Positions 28,719 to 36,723 are shown, numbered from the stretch's first letter. The stretch is DNA of 64,000 nt from Bryobacteraceae bacterium (GCA_035308605.1 DATGGL010000129.1:3332-67331); one strand, 5' to 3'. Notes: a model not told the origin generated them from the sequence alone. Translations and numbers: made by a program.

Positions 28719-29067
28719 GACAGAATCGACGCGTTCGTCAATTTTGCGAAACCGGCAGACGGCTCCGTCCCCTTCGGCGATTTGGCTCGACGGAGTCGCG
28801 TCGAACGTTTTTTAGAGCCCCGCCATCTTACTACCCTGGCAACGCAAACCAGCAATGGGCGCACCGAAATCACGAGAGTATCTCGTCTCGTCCACAAGTA
28901 GCGCTCCGAAAGCGGGTAAGAATAACCCGGTTCTGACCTGAGGTGCCATCTGCGCCGAGCTGCCCGTTGACGGCGAGAAGCATAACAGGCCCAATATTCT
29001 CAAAAGGGGACGGAGCGATCCGTCCCCTTTGACGAATTCGCGAGTGCGTCGATTCTGTCTGTCCCGC
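28711..29067. repeat. 357-bp element bounded by perfect 22-bp inverted repeats (MITE-like, or a palindromic element carrying a 300-bp insert)
   Basis: GCGGGACAGACAGAATCGACGC at 28711..28732. Its exact reverse complement lies at 29046..29067. The inner flanks GTTCGTC and GCGAGT equal the two halves of the spacer of the 57-bp element. Confidence 0.85.
29003..29030. other. Perfect 12-bp hairpin capped by a GCGA (GNRA) tetraloop
   Basis: AAAGGGGACGGA-GCGA-TCCGTCCCCTTT. On the minus strand it is followed by TTTTG (terminator-like). TCCGTCCCCTT also occurs at 28764..28774. Confidence 0.6.
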
Positions 29068-29083
29068 TCTTGCCTTTGTCGTT

Positions 29084-29125
29084 CGTTTTGCCGTTTTGTG
29101 TTTTGCTCGTTTTGTGCGTTTTGCC
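29084..29125 (+). repeat. Degenerate tandem CGTTTTG(Y) repeats (CAAAACG on the minus strand), about 5 units
   Basis: CGTTTTGCCGTTTTGTGTTTTGCTCGTTTTGTGCGTTTTGCC, starting 17 nt after the right inverted repeat. Confidence 0.75.
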
Positions 29126-29177
29126 CCCACAATAAAGAAAAGGTGCAGGTTCGGGCTGACCCGCTCTTGATACAGCA

Positions 29178-29489
29178 TTGGCAATACATTTACAACCAGA
29201 TATTATCGCGACTTTGACGTTCCTGCCTTCTTCCGCCGGCGGCCGCTTGCATGCTGCAAGCGGCCCTTACTTAGGGGCCTTGATTGAGTTCGGAGGAGAA
29301 TACTTCGATTGCAGGGTCCTTCTCATAGAGTCGGGGCCGGTTGCCCCTGGGGAGCGCGTCACCGCCCCCATAAAGTTTCTTCGGCCGGAACTGATTAAAT
29401 CCCGCCTTAAGGTCGGCGATAGATTTCGTCTGCGCGAGGCACGAGTCATAGCGGAGGGCACAGTGGATGTCGTGTTAGGAGCTTATTAG
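29178..29489 (+). CDS. Hypothetical small protein, possibly a translation-factor-like beta-barrel (EF-Tu domain 3-like pattern)
   Basis: No ATG available; TTG 29178 is the first start. Pattern TLTFLPSSAGGR...PGERVTAPIKFLRPE...LKVGDRFRLREARVIAEGTV resembles the G.RF.(I/L)REG...G.G.V barrel motif. No obvious SD. Confidence 0.45.
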   Translation: MAIHLQPDIIATLTFLPSSAGGRLHAASGPYLGALIEFGGEYFDCRVLLIESGPVAPGERVTAPIKFLRPELIKSRLKVGDRFRLREARVIAEGTVDVVLGAY

Positions 29490-29547
29490 GAAAGAAAGGA
29501 CGAGACAGAACTGCCTTTCGGTCCCCGATCGTGCACAAAAAAGTAGT

Positions 29548-31422
29548 CTAGCTTCGTGACCCGATGGCTTCCGCGACCTCAATAGCCATCTGATAACGTC
29601 CAAAAGGAGCGCTTAACTGGACGCCTGCCACTAGGGAGTGCACCCGCTCTACCATTTCCCGGGCGATCGCCACGCCTTCGGCCCTAGCCGCCTCCGCGCT
29701 CTCGGCGCGGCGCATTCGGTCCATATATTCATCCGGAACGGGGACGCGCAGTTCGTTCACCATAAATTCGGCGTTGCGATAGCTGGTCAGCGGCCAGATT
29801 CCTGCGATCACGGGACGCCCGTATTGCTCGGTCCGCTTGAGAAAACCTTCGAGCAGATCCAGATCGAACACCGGCTGCGTGACGACGTATTCCGCGCCCG
29901 CTTTCATCTTCCATTCGAAGCGGCGCAATTCTTCGTCCATGTTCAGGGCGCCGGGATTCGCTCCCACGCCGATCAGGAGCGCGGTCTGCGATCCGATCGG
30001 ATTGCCGCCGAGATCCATTCCGTGATTCAGATTATTGACGATATTCGTGAGCCCTATGGCGTCCACGTCGAACACCGCGGTCGCGTCGGGATACGTCCCC
30101 ATACGCGGTGGATCGCCGGTAATGCAGATCAAATTCTTTACGCCGACCGTGTAAGCGCCCAGCAGCTCACTTTGAATGCTCAGGATATTGCGATCGCGGC
30201 AGCAGAAGTGGAGCACTGCTTCAATCTCCGCCTGCTGTTGAATTAGCTGGCAGGTGACCTGAGCGCTCATCCGCGCACTGGCTCGGGGGCCGTCGGGGAC
30301 ATTAATGCAGTCGATTCCTGCCGCTTTACATAACTTGGCGCCTTCGATCTCTTTGGACGCGTCAACTCCGCGCGGCGGCAGAATCTCGACAAAAGCCACG
30401 AATTGCCTGGCCGCGAGTTTCGCCCCGAGCGTGCTCTTGCGATCGACCGGGACTTTTTCGAGCGCTTTCGGCCTCGATGCCGGTTCATCCACCGTGACGG
30501 CGTGCGCCTGCTGGATGTGTTGCAGGCTGCGCGCTTCGGATCGGATTTCCTTGATGTGCTCCGCCGTGGTCCCGCAGCACCCGCCGACGATCGTGACGCC
30601 GGCCATCAGGAAACGGCGGGCGTACTGAGCCATATATTCCGGCGAGCACAGATAGATGTTGCGGCCCTCGAACGTGGTCGGCAAGCCCGCGTTGGGCATC
30701 GCGCTGAGCGGCTTGGTGGTGTGCCCGACGATCTTCTCTATGGTTTCGAGCATCACTTTCGGACCAGAGGAACAGTTGAGTCCGATGATGTCGACCGGCC
30801 ATTCGTTCAGGCGCTGGGTGAAATCGAGCGTCGAGGTGCCATCGCGCAGCCGGCCGTCGTCTTCGATACTGAGCTGCGCCATGATGACGATATCATTGCC
30901 GGCGGCTTCGCGCGCCGCCAGAATCGCTTCGCGTATTTCGTTGGCATCGCGAAATGTTTCGAGAACCAGAAGGTCAATTCCGGCTTCGACCAGCGCTTCT
31001 ATCTGCTCGCGGAAAACAGCCCGGGCTTCCTCGAAACTCGTCGGCCCCAGGGGCTCCAGGCGGATTCCAAGCGGACCAACGGCTCCTGCGACGAACGCCT
31101 GATCGCGGGCAGCCTCGCGGGCGATCCTCACGCCGGCCTGATTGATCAGGCGGACTTTGTCGGCGAATCCGAACGCCGCCAGGCGTTTTCGGTTCGCGCC
31201 GAAGGTATTGGTTTCGAGGATCTCCGCGCCAGCCTTGACGTATTCCTGGTGAACGTCGCGCACCAGGGCGGGCAGCGAGAGATTCAGCTCGTCATAGCAG
31301 CGGTTGATGAATACGCCCTTGGCGTACAGCGCGGTTCCCATGGCTCCATCGGCCACAAGAACGCGCTTGCCGAGCCCTTCGCGAAATTCCGCGGCTCTTG
31401 TCTGCATTACTGTTGTTGGCAT
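29548..31422 (-). CDS. yitJ: Bifunctional homocysteine S-methyltransferase / 5,10-methylenetetrahydrofolate reductase (YitJ-type fusion)
   Basis: N-terminal Hcy-binding domain (VLVADGAMGTALY, ETNTFGAN, GLNCSSGP, VGGCCGTT), followed by an MTHFR domain (FVEILPPRG, INVPDGPRA, HFCCRDRN). ATG 31422 lies 4 nt after the Uma2 stop. Confidence 0.85.
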   Translation of the reverse strand: MPTTVMQTRAAEFREGLGKRVLVADGAMGTALYAKGVFINRCYDELNLSLPALVRDVHQEYVKAGAEILETNTFGANRKRLAAFGFADKVRLINQAGVRIAREAARDQAFVAGAVGPLGIRLEPLGPTSFEEARAVFREQIEALVEAGIDLLVLETFRDANEIREAILAAREAAGNDIVIMAQLSIEDDGRLRDGTSTLDFTQRLNEWPVDIIGLNCSSGPKVMLETIEKIVGHTTKPLSAMPNAGLPTTFEGRNIYLCSPEYMAQYARRFLMAGVTIVGGCCGTTAEHIKEIRSEARSLQHIQQAHAVTVDEPASRPKALEKVPVDRKSTLGAKLAARQFVAFVEILPPRGVDASKEIEGAKLCKAAGIDCINVPDGPRASARMSAQVTCQLIQQQAEIEAVLHFCCRDRNILSIQSELLGAYTVGVKNLICITGDPPRMGTYPDATAVFDVDAIGLTNIVNNLNHGMDLGGNPIGSQTALLIGVGANPGALNMDEELRRFEWKMKAGAEYVVTQPVFDLDLLEGFLKRTEQYGRPVIAGIWPLTSYRNAEFMVNELRVPVPDEYMDRMRRAESAEAARAEGVAIAREMVERVHSLVAGVQLSAPFGRYQMAIEVAEAIGSRS

Positions 31423-31426
31423 CGTG

Positions 31427-31933
31427 TCAATCAAAAATCTCGCCGAGCGGGATCTCAATCGCCGGCGCGGAGGTGCGGAGGATTCCGTCTTGAATCAGAC
31501 GCATTCCCTCGGAGGTGTAGCTGAAAGCCTGCTTCGTTTTGGGGTCCAAGATCCAAACGTAGCGCACTCCAAAGGCGAGATAATCGACGATCTTTTTCTG
31601 CATCCGGCTCATCCGGTCTTCAGGCGAAAGCACCTCGATGCACACCAGGGGAGGGCGCGAAATAATCTGCTCATTCGGCTTGCTTCCCAACAGAATCATG
31701 AGATCCGGCACGCGATACTGCCTCGAGTTGACCTGGAGCCGCTGTTCCTGGATGATCGTCACACCCAACTGCTTCTCTCGTGCGGCGACGTAAAGTAAAA
31801 TCGCCCTTTGAATCCACGCGTGATCGAGTTCCCCCACGTTCCGATCCAGCACCTCCCCGTCCACGTATTCGCAGTCCGGGTCGTAGCTGGTCCGGAGGTA
31901 CTCGTCGACCGATACCTGGGTCGTAACCGCCAT
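31427..31933 (-). CDS. Uma2-family (DUF820) putative restriction-fold endonuclease
   Basis: VSVDEYL...YDPDCEYVDGEV...IIQEQRLQV...RVPDLMI...PPLVCIEVLSPEDR pattern (PD-(D/E)xK-like). Confidence 0.75.
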   Translation of the reverse strand: MAVTTQVSVDEYLRTSYDPDCEYVDGEVLDRNVGELDHAWIQRAILLYVAAREKQLGVTIIQEQRLQVNSRQYRVPDLMILLGSKPNEQIISRPPLVCIEVLSPEDRMSRMQKKIVDYLAFGVRYVWILDPKTKQAFSYTSEGMRLIQDGILRTSAPAIEIPLGEIFD

Positions 31934-31969
31934 ACTTAATACAATAGCGCGGGATACAATCGCGCGGGT

Positions 31970-32803
31970 TCAAAGCCACCCAGGGAACGGGTTCCGCGAT
32001 CCTCCGCGACTGCTTTCGATTAGCGCCGGCACCCGTTTCGAGCGTGCGAGCAGCTTTTCCAGCAAATCGGACAAAGCCGCCTCTTCGCCTTCGAGCCAGG
32101 CCGGAGGAATCTGTTTCACCGCCTGGTCGACTACTTCTTCAGGAAAATGCACAATTCGATCCAGCCACGGCTGGAAATCGTCGAGGCTGCGAATCGACCG
32201 GTACACCAAGGGCCGGAAATACAGGCCGTACAAAGGCGAATCGTTGAGTTTCCAATGGGGACCTTCGAAGATGAATCCGTGGTCGACCATGTGCGCGACA
32301 AACCCAATCCGCTGACCGTGCGAACCCGAATTCGGCAGCCATTCTTTCAACCTTGCGCGAAAGAAGACAGCCTGGCGGGAATCGGCATTTCCTGTCCATT
32401 TATCGAACGCCAGCGCACCGCAAAAATCTCCGATGTTTTCGACTTGTCCCAGCAGCGTATCGGGCAGAAAATCGTACACTACATTCACCGACGGGTTGCC
32501 CGGAAAGCGTGATCCGAAATGCCAGCCCGGCGTAACGGCATTGCGCCGCCAGCCTAGCTGGATATGCACCTCCGGGTTGGCCCGCAGGAATTCTTCCGAG
32601 ATGCGAACAATAGCCACCTCCGGTGTCGAGATTCCCAAATAACTCAGGAACGCCGACCCGATCCATTCGTTCACCAGAATCCGTCGATGCTGGGGATTAT
32701 TGAGAAATTTGACGACGTAAAAGTTGCCGTCGCTGGCTTCAATCAAGTGGGCCTGCGCTCCGCCGCGCATTTTGCGAACCAGACGTCGGGCGTCCACTGG
32801 CAT
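31970..32803 (-). CDS. HipA-like protein kinase-fold protein
   Basis: RGGAQAHLIEASDGNFYVVKFLNNPQHRRILVNEWIGSAFLSYLGI and FDKWTGNADSRQ (catalytic-loop-like D..N.D), as in HipA-like kinases that lack the HipA N-domain. Confidence 0.6.
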   Translation of the reverse strand: MPVDARRLVRKMRGGAQAHLIEASDGNFYVVKFLNNPQHRRILVNEWIGSAFLSYLGISTPEVAIVRISEEFLRANPEVHIQLGWRRNAVTPGWHFGSRFPGNPSVNVVYDFLPDTLLGQVENIGDFCGALAFDKWTGNADSRQAVFFRARLKEWLPNSGSHGQRIGFVAHMVDHGFIFEGPHWKLNDSPLYGLYFRPLVYRSIRSLDDFQPWLDRIVHFPEEVVDQAVKQIPPAWLEGEEAALSDLLEKLLARSKRVPALIESSRGGSRNPFPGWL

Positions 32804-32841
32804 GGGCGAAAGCGGAGCGAATCGAGTACCTTAGAGATTAT

Positions 32842-33075
32842 ATGACGGAAGAAAAAGACACCACTCCCGGCGCCTCGCCAAAAGCGTCCTTGAATCAGGA
32901 CGAAGTCGCGCTGGAGCTGATGCGATTCATCGCGCAAACCACTGGAATCGGCAAGACCTCGTCTGGGGCTGGATTCGGCGGCAAGAGTCCTAAGACGCCC
33001 GAGGAACAAGTGGACACACTTATCCAACTCTATGAGCGCTGTCGCGCGGTGGTGGGACCCAAAGCAGGAAGCTGA
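32842..33075 (+). CDS. Hypothetical small protein (77 aa)
   Basis: ATG start, divergent from the HipA-like gene. No domain recognised. Followed by a GC hairpin. Confidence 0.35.
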   Translation: MTEEKDTTPGASPKASLNQDEVALELMRFIAQTTGIGKTSSGAGFGGKSPKTPEEQVDTLIQLYERCRAVVGPKAGS

Positions 33076-33096
33076 GAAGGGTAACTGACGGAGGAC

Positions 33097-33118
33097 GGGG
33101 TCGGACCAGCCCGACCCC
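33097..33118. terminator. GC-rich hairpin between convergent genes
   Basis: GGGGTCGG-ACCAGC-CCGACCCC (8-bp stem). No U-tract on either strand. Confidence 0.35.
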
Positions 33119-33135
33119 AGACAACAGGAAAACGC

Positions 33136-33633
33136 CTATTTCTTCTTCTTGCCGCCTTTTTTTGCGGCCTTTTTAACCGCTTTTTTGGCTGGAGCCTTCT
33201 TCGCCGCTTTTTTGGCTGGAGCTTTCTTAGCAGCCTTTTTCGCCGGGGCCTTCTTGGCGGCTTTCTTGGGAGCTGCCTTCTTCGCGGCAACTTTCTTAGC
33301 GGCAGGTTTCTTTGCCGCTACTTTCTTGGGGGCAGCTTTCTTGGGCTCAGCCGCCTTCGGAGCGGCCTTCGCCGCGGGAGCTTTCGGAGCCGCCGCTTTC
33401 TTCGGCGCGGAAGCCTTCTTGGCAGGCTTCTTCACGGGAGCCGGTTCGGCCTCCCCAGCCACAGGAGCAGGGACCACGACGGCAACGACCGGAGTGACCG
33501 TGGTCACGATCAGCTCGTCTTCTTCTTCCTCTTCCATTCCGTAGTCGCCCATATCGTCGTCCACGTTGATGGTTGCTCCTTCCTCGAAATCGTCGAGCTC
33601 GTCGTCTTCGACCGAAAGTCGATACTCAAGCAT
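33136..33633 (-). CDS. Bipartite protein: highly acidic N-terminal part + histone-H1/AlgP-like Lys/Ala/Pro repeat tail
   Basis: GAGGAGG SD 12 nt upstream of the ATG. N-terminal DDELDDFEEG...DDDMGDYGMEEEEEDE. C-terminal about 95 aa of KKAA/KKAP units including three AKKAPAKKA repeats, ending KKGGKKKK. Confidence 0.75.
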   Translation of the reverse strand: MLEYRLSVEDDELDDFEEGATINVDDDMGDYGMEEEEEDELIVTTVTPVVAVVVPAPVAGEAEPAPVKKPAKKASAPKKAAAPKAPAAKAAPKAAEPKKAAPKKVAAKKPAAKKVAAKKAAPKKAAKKAPAKKAAKKAPAKKAAKKAPAKKAVKKAAKKGGKKKK

Positions 33634-33741
33634 GAAGTTTTTGCCTCCTCGCAGGCGTAATCAGAGATTAGAATATATCGCGCTTCAGCATGAAGGCAAG
33701 GAAAAAGTGCCCGATGGCCGAGGGTTGGGGTTACCCGAGCA

Positions 33742-35571
33742 TCAGCTCGCGCGCGGCGCCGGTGTTGTTTTGGTCTGCGTGGCGGCTTTTCCGGTAGATT
33801 TGTGCGCGGGCGCGGGCGATTTTTTCCGCGGAACTCCCGCGGCAACTTTCTGTGGCGCGCTTTTCTGAGACACACCCTTCTGAGACACACCCTTCTGCGT
33901 CGCCTTCGACGTGGCTGTGGAGGATGTTGTGGATGATGCCGGCTTCGCAGGAGCCCTTCGTGATGGCGTGCTCGCTGTGGTCTTGGCCCTGGGCGACACC
34001 CCGCCGCTGGTCGCGGACCGGCGCCGGGCTGCCGTCACCGGCTTAGCCACACGGTCACCCGGGTAACCGACCGGAATCGCTGCAAATTCGCCCGCGCCTG
34101 GCAACATCTCATGATTGGCCGAACTGAGCGAGGATAACTGCGCGCTATAGCGCTTCGACAGCGCCGCGAACGTCTCGCCATCCTGAACCCGGTGCACACG
34201 CCAGGAGTCGCGCCGGTTCGGCGGAATCACCGCAAAGGCCGATTCGAGCGCAGGCAGCGTTCCCTTCGGGACGTGCACCTTATATCCCGCGGGCGCAACC
34301 GACTTGAATAACGCAGGATTCAGCTCTTTCAATTCGCTCATCGGACGATCCACTGCATCGGCCACCAGCGCGAGATGAGTAGGCGTCTGCAATTCCAGCG
34401 TGTCGAATTCGAGCGGCCGTTCGAGTTCCAGGTTATCCAGGCCATAATCCTTGGCGTTTTTCGCCATGATGGTCATCGCCAGGATCACCGGCACGTAATT
34501 GCTCGTCTCCAGCGGCAGGACATTCAGGCGCCGCAGGGCCCAATAGTCGGCATACCCCGTCCGCATCACCGCGTGATCCACGCAGCCCGGGCCGCAATCG
34601 TAAGCCGCCAATGCAAGGTACCAATCGCCAAAATGTTCGTATAAATCGTGCAGATGACGGGCCGCCGCGCGCGTGGCTTTCTCCGGATCCATGCGATCGT
34701 CGGTGGCCGGAGTCTGATCGAGACCGTATTCCTTACCGCGGAACCTGGCGAACTGCCACAAGCCCACGCAAGCCTTGTTCGACATCGCACGCGGAAAGAA
34801 CCCGGATTCCTGCTGGGCGACGAAGATGAGTTCGAGCGGAAGGCCCTCCTCTTTCAAGATCCGTTCGATGAGATCTTTGTACCGGCCCTGGCGGCGCAGG
34901 CCCGCGGCCAGAATTTTCTTGCCCCGTTCGCTGGAGAAAAAATGAATCGCGCCAATGACAGCATCGCTCTCTTCCAGGGGCAGCTGCGAAACCGTCGCGC
35001 GGATCTGTTCGCTCACTTTGTTGCGTAGCGTCGGATCCACCGGGAAGGTCATGTCGAGAATGCCTTCCATGGGCGGCCGGTCGTAGGAAACCTTGTCGTC
35101 CGGTTCGCCGGAGCCGAGTTGATCGACATCGTAGCGATAGATGGTCTGGATCAACTCCTCAAGCCGCTTTTCCACTCGCGAGCGATCGGCAACGTTGTCG
35201 GGAGCGTTCAGAAGCGTTTCGATGGCGCGGTTAAATTCCCGGCGCGCGTCACCGGCCCGGCCTTCCGTGAACGCCTGCTTTCCGGCGGCCAGACGATCGT
35301 CGGCCTGTTTTACCAGGAAATCGGCATCGCTGGGGCGGGGAACAGCGGGCAGCATTGGGGTGAGAAACGGCACCTCGTTCGCGTACAGATCGGATTCAAT
35401 ACGAGGCGGTTCGCTCAGCGGATCATCCGCCGGTGCAGCCGTATGCGATTGAGGAGGAAGGAAAAAAGTGCGGAACTGCTGGGGCCGTGCAGTGGTGGCG
35501 CAACTCGAAGCAACAACCGATGCCACAACAGCTACACCAACCCGGATGCGGGAGTATCCGGCGGTTCGCAT
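33742..35571 (-). CDS. MltD-like lytic murein transglycosylase with LysM domain and basic low-complexity tail
   Basis: Lipoprotein-like N-terminus (VASSCAT). SLT motif AQQESGFFPRAMSNKACVGLWQF. LysM-like HRVQDGETFAALSKRY. Tail KGVSQKGVSQKSAPQK arises from a 15-nt tandem duplication at 33865..33894. Confidence 0.8.
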   Translation of the reverse strand: MRTAGYSRIRVGVAVVASVVASSCATTARPQQFRTFFLPPQSHTAAPADDPLSEPPRIESDLYANEVPFLTPMLPAVPRPSDADFLVKQADDRLAAGKQAFTEGRAGDARREFNRAIETLLNAPDNVADRSRVEKRLEELIQTIYRYDVDQLGSGEPDDKVSYDRPPMEGILDMTFPVDPTLRNKVSEQIRATVSQLPLEESDAVIGAIHFFSSERGKKILAAGLRRQGRYKDLIERILKEEGLPLELIFVAQQESGFFPRAMSNKACVGLWQFARFRGKEYGLDQTPATDDRMDPEKATRAAARHLHDLYEHFGDWYLALAAYDCGPGCVDHAVMRTGYADYWALRRLNVLPLETSNYVPVILAMTIMAKNAKDYGLDNLELERPLEFDTLELQTPTHLALVADAVDRPMSELKELNPALFKSVAPAGYKVHVPKGTLPALESAFAVIPPNRRDSWRVHRVQDGETFAALSKRYSAQLSSLSSANHEMLPGAGEFAAIPVGYPGDRVAKPVTAARRRSATSGGVSPRAKTTASTPSRRAPAKPASSTTSSTATSKATQKGVSQKGVSQKSAPQKVAAGVPRKKSPAPAHKSTGKAATQTKTTPAPRAS

Positions 35572-35666
35572 TTCCTAAAGGCTAGAGTTTAACAGATTTA
35601 TGACTGGATAAGTCAAATAGAAATTCTCTGGTTGCAGTTTGCACCAGAATGCATTATTCATTGAAT

Positions 35667-35912
35667 ATGCCCACACTCCAGGTACGCGACGTTCCAGAGC
35701 ACATATATCGGGCTCTCGCCGAGCAAGCCGAACGCGAGCGAAGGAGCCTGGCGCAGCAGACAGTGGCGGTCCTGGCCCGGGGGCTGAACCTCGAAACCGA
35801 CGCGAAAGCCCGGCGAAAGAAAGTGCTCGATGCGGTGCAGTCCGCCGATCACGCTGCTTACGGAGCCTTGCCAGATCCAGTAAAGATGATTCGCGAGGAT
35901 CGCAAGCGGTGA
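35667..35912 (+). CDS. vapB: Ribbon-helix-helix antitoxin (VapB/FitA-like)
   Basis: MPTLQVRDVPEHIYRALAEQAERERRSLAQQ. The stop overlaps the GTG of the PIN gene (GTGA). Confidence 0.75.
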   Translation: MPTLQVRDVPEHIYRALAEQAERERRSLAQQTVAVLARGLNLETDAKARRKKVLDAVQSADHAAYGALPDPVKMIREDRKR

Positions 35913-36307
35913 GGTGCGTTCTGGACGCAAGCGCCGCGATCGAAGTCGCCATGGCTCGCGGTAAAGCTGCAACTCTGGTTCAACCGCTGCGCGATGCCGA
36001 TTTCGTCCTGGCGCCCGATCTGCTTGTGCCCGAGGTATTGAACGCCGTTTGGAAATATCACCAGTTCAACAATCTCAGCCTGCCCGATTGTGACCGCGTG
36101 GTTGAATTGACGCTGGAGCTGGTCGATGAGTTCGTGCCTTCCTCGAAACTCTATCGCGACGCCTTTCTTCTGGCGCGAACCGCCCACAGACCGGTTTACG
36201 ACATGTTCTATCTCGCGCTCGCCCGCCATGAGGACGCGGCATTGGTGACCATGGACGGTACCTTAAAGAAAGAGGCCGAGAAGCAAGGAGTCCAGGTGAT
36301 CGGATGA
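35909..36307 (+). CDS. vapC: PIN-domain toxin (VapC family)
   Basis: [12 protein letters not shown] (first acidic residue), ...[14 protein letters not shown]..., ...[10 protein letters not shown]..., ...[11 protein letters not shown] 35909 is in frame within track ORF 35639..36307. Confidence 0.75.
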   Translation: MRCVLDASAAIEVAMARGKAATLVQPLRDADFVLAPDLLVPEVLNAVWKYHQFNNLSLPDCDRVVELTLELVDEFVPSSKLYRDAFLLARTAHRPVYDMFYLALARHEDAALVTMDGTLKKEAEKQGVQVIG

Positions 36308-36723
36308 AGAGCTACCGCAAGGAACTATGGTTTGAGATCCCCTCCCGAAGAGCGTTCGTGAACATTACCGGCGAGGTCGAGGCGTGCCTCCGCGAAAGCG
36401 GCATTTCGGAAGGCCTGGTCCTGGTCAACGCCATGCACATTACCGCCTCGGTCTTCATTAACGACGACGAAAGCGGTCTGCATCAGGACTACGAGAAGTG
36501 GCTGGAGAAGCTGGCGCCTCACGAGCCGGTTTCTCAGTACCTGCACAATCGCACCGGCGAAGACAACGCGGACGCGCACATGAAGCGTCAGGTGATGGGC
36601 AGGGAAGTGGTGGTGGCGGTGACCAAGGGAAAGCTCGATTTCGGTCCCTGGGAGCAGATCTTCTACGGCGAATTCGACGGGCGGCGGCGGAAGCGCGCGC
36701 TGGTTAAGATAATCGGCGAGTAA
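36304..36723 (+). CDS. yjbQ: YjbQ/UPF0047-family protein (secondary thiamine-phosphate synthase)
   Basis: VNITGEV...[20 protein letters not shown]...[14 protein letters not shown]...[13 protein letters not shown]. The ATG overlaps the vapC stop (ATGA). Confidence 0.85.
   Translation: MKSYRKELWFEIPSRRAFVNITGEVEACLRESGISEGLVLVNAMHITASVFINDDESGLHQDYEKWLEKLAPHEPVSQYLHNRTGEDNADAHMKRQVMGREVVVAVTKGKLDFGPWEQIFYGEFDGRRRKRALVKIIGE

Noticed and set aside
27895-29067. Retron- or DGR-like element, given inverted repeats clamping a structured core
   Set aside because: There is no reverse transcriptase or accessory gene anywhere in the 64 kb. It is kept only as a structural analogy in the findings.
28651-29125. 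Possible CRISPR array, given several short direct repeats in a non-coding region
   Set aside because: The units are only 7-10 nt and directly abutting or degenerate, with no 25-40-nt unique spacers. There are no cas genes in the window.
28565-29189. Minus-strand ORFs 28565..28897 (110 aa), 28812..29189 (125 aa) and 28870..29184 (104 aa)
   Set aside because: They read straight through the G-tract array, the inverted repeats and the CGTTTTG repeats, giving low-complexity Arg/Pro/Ser or Gln/Asn/Arg strings. There is no start context.
29548-31458. Looked for an S-box/SAM or cobalamin riboswitch upstream of the yitJ-type gene
   Set aside because: The gene start is 4 nt from the upstream Uma2 stop, so there is no leader region in which a riboswitch could reside.
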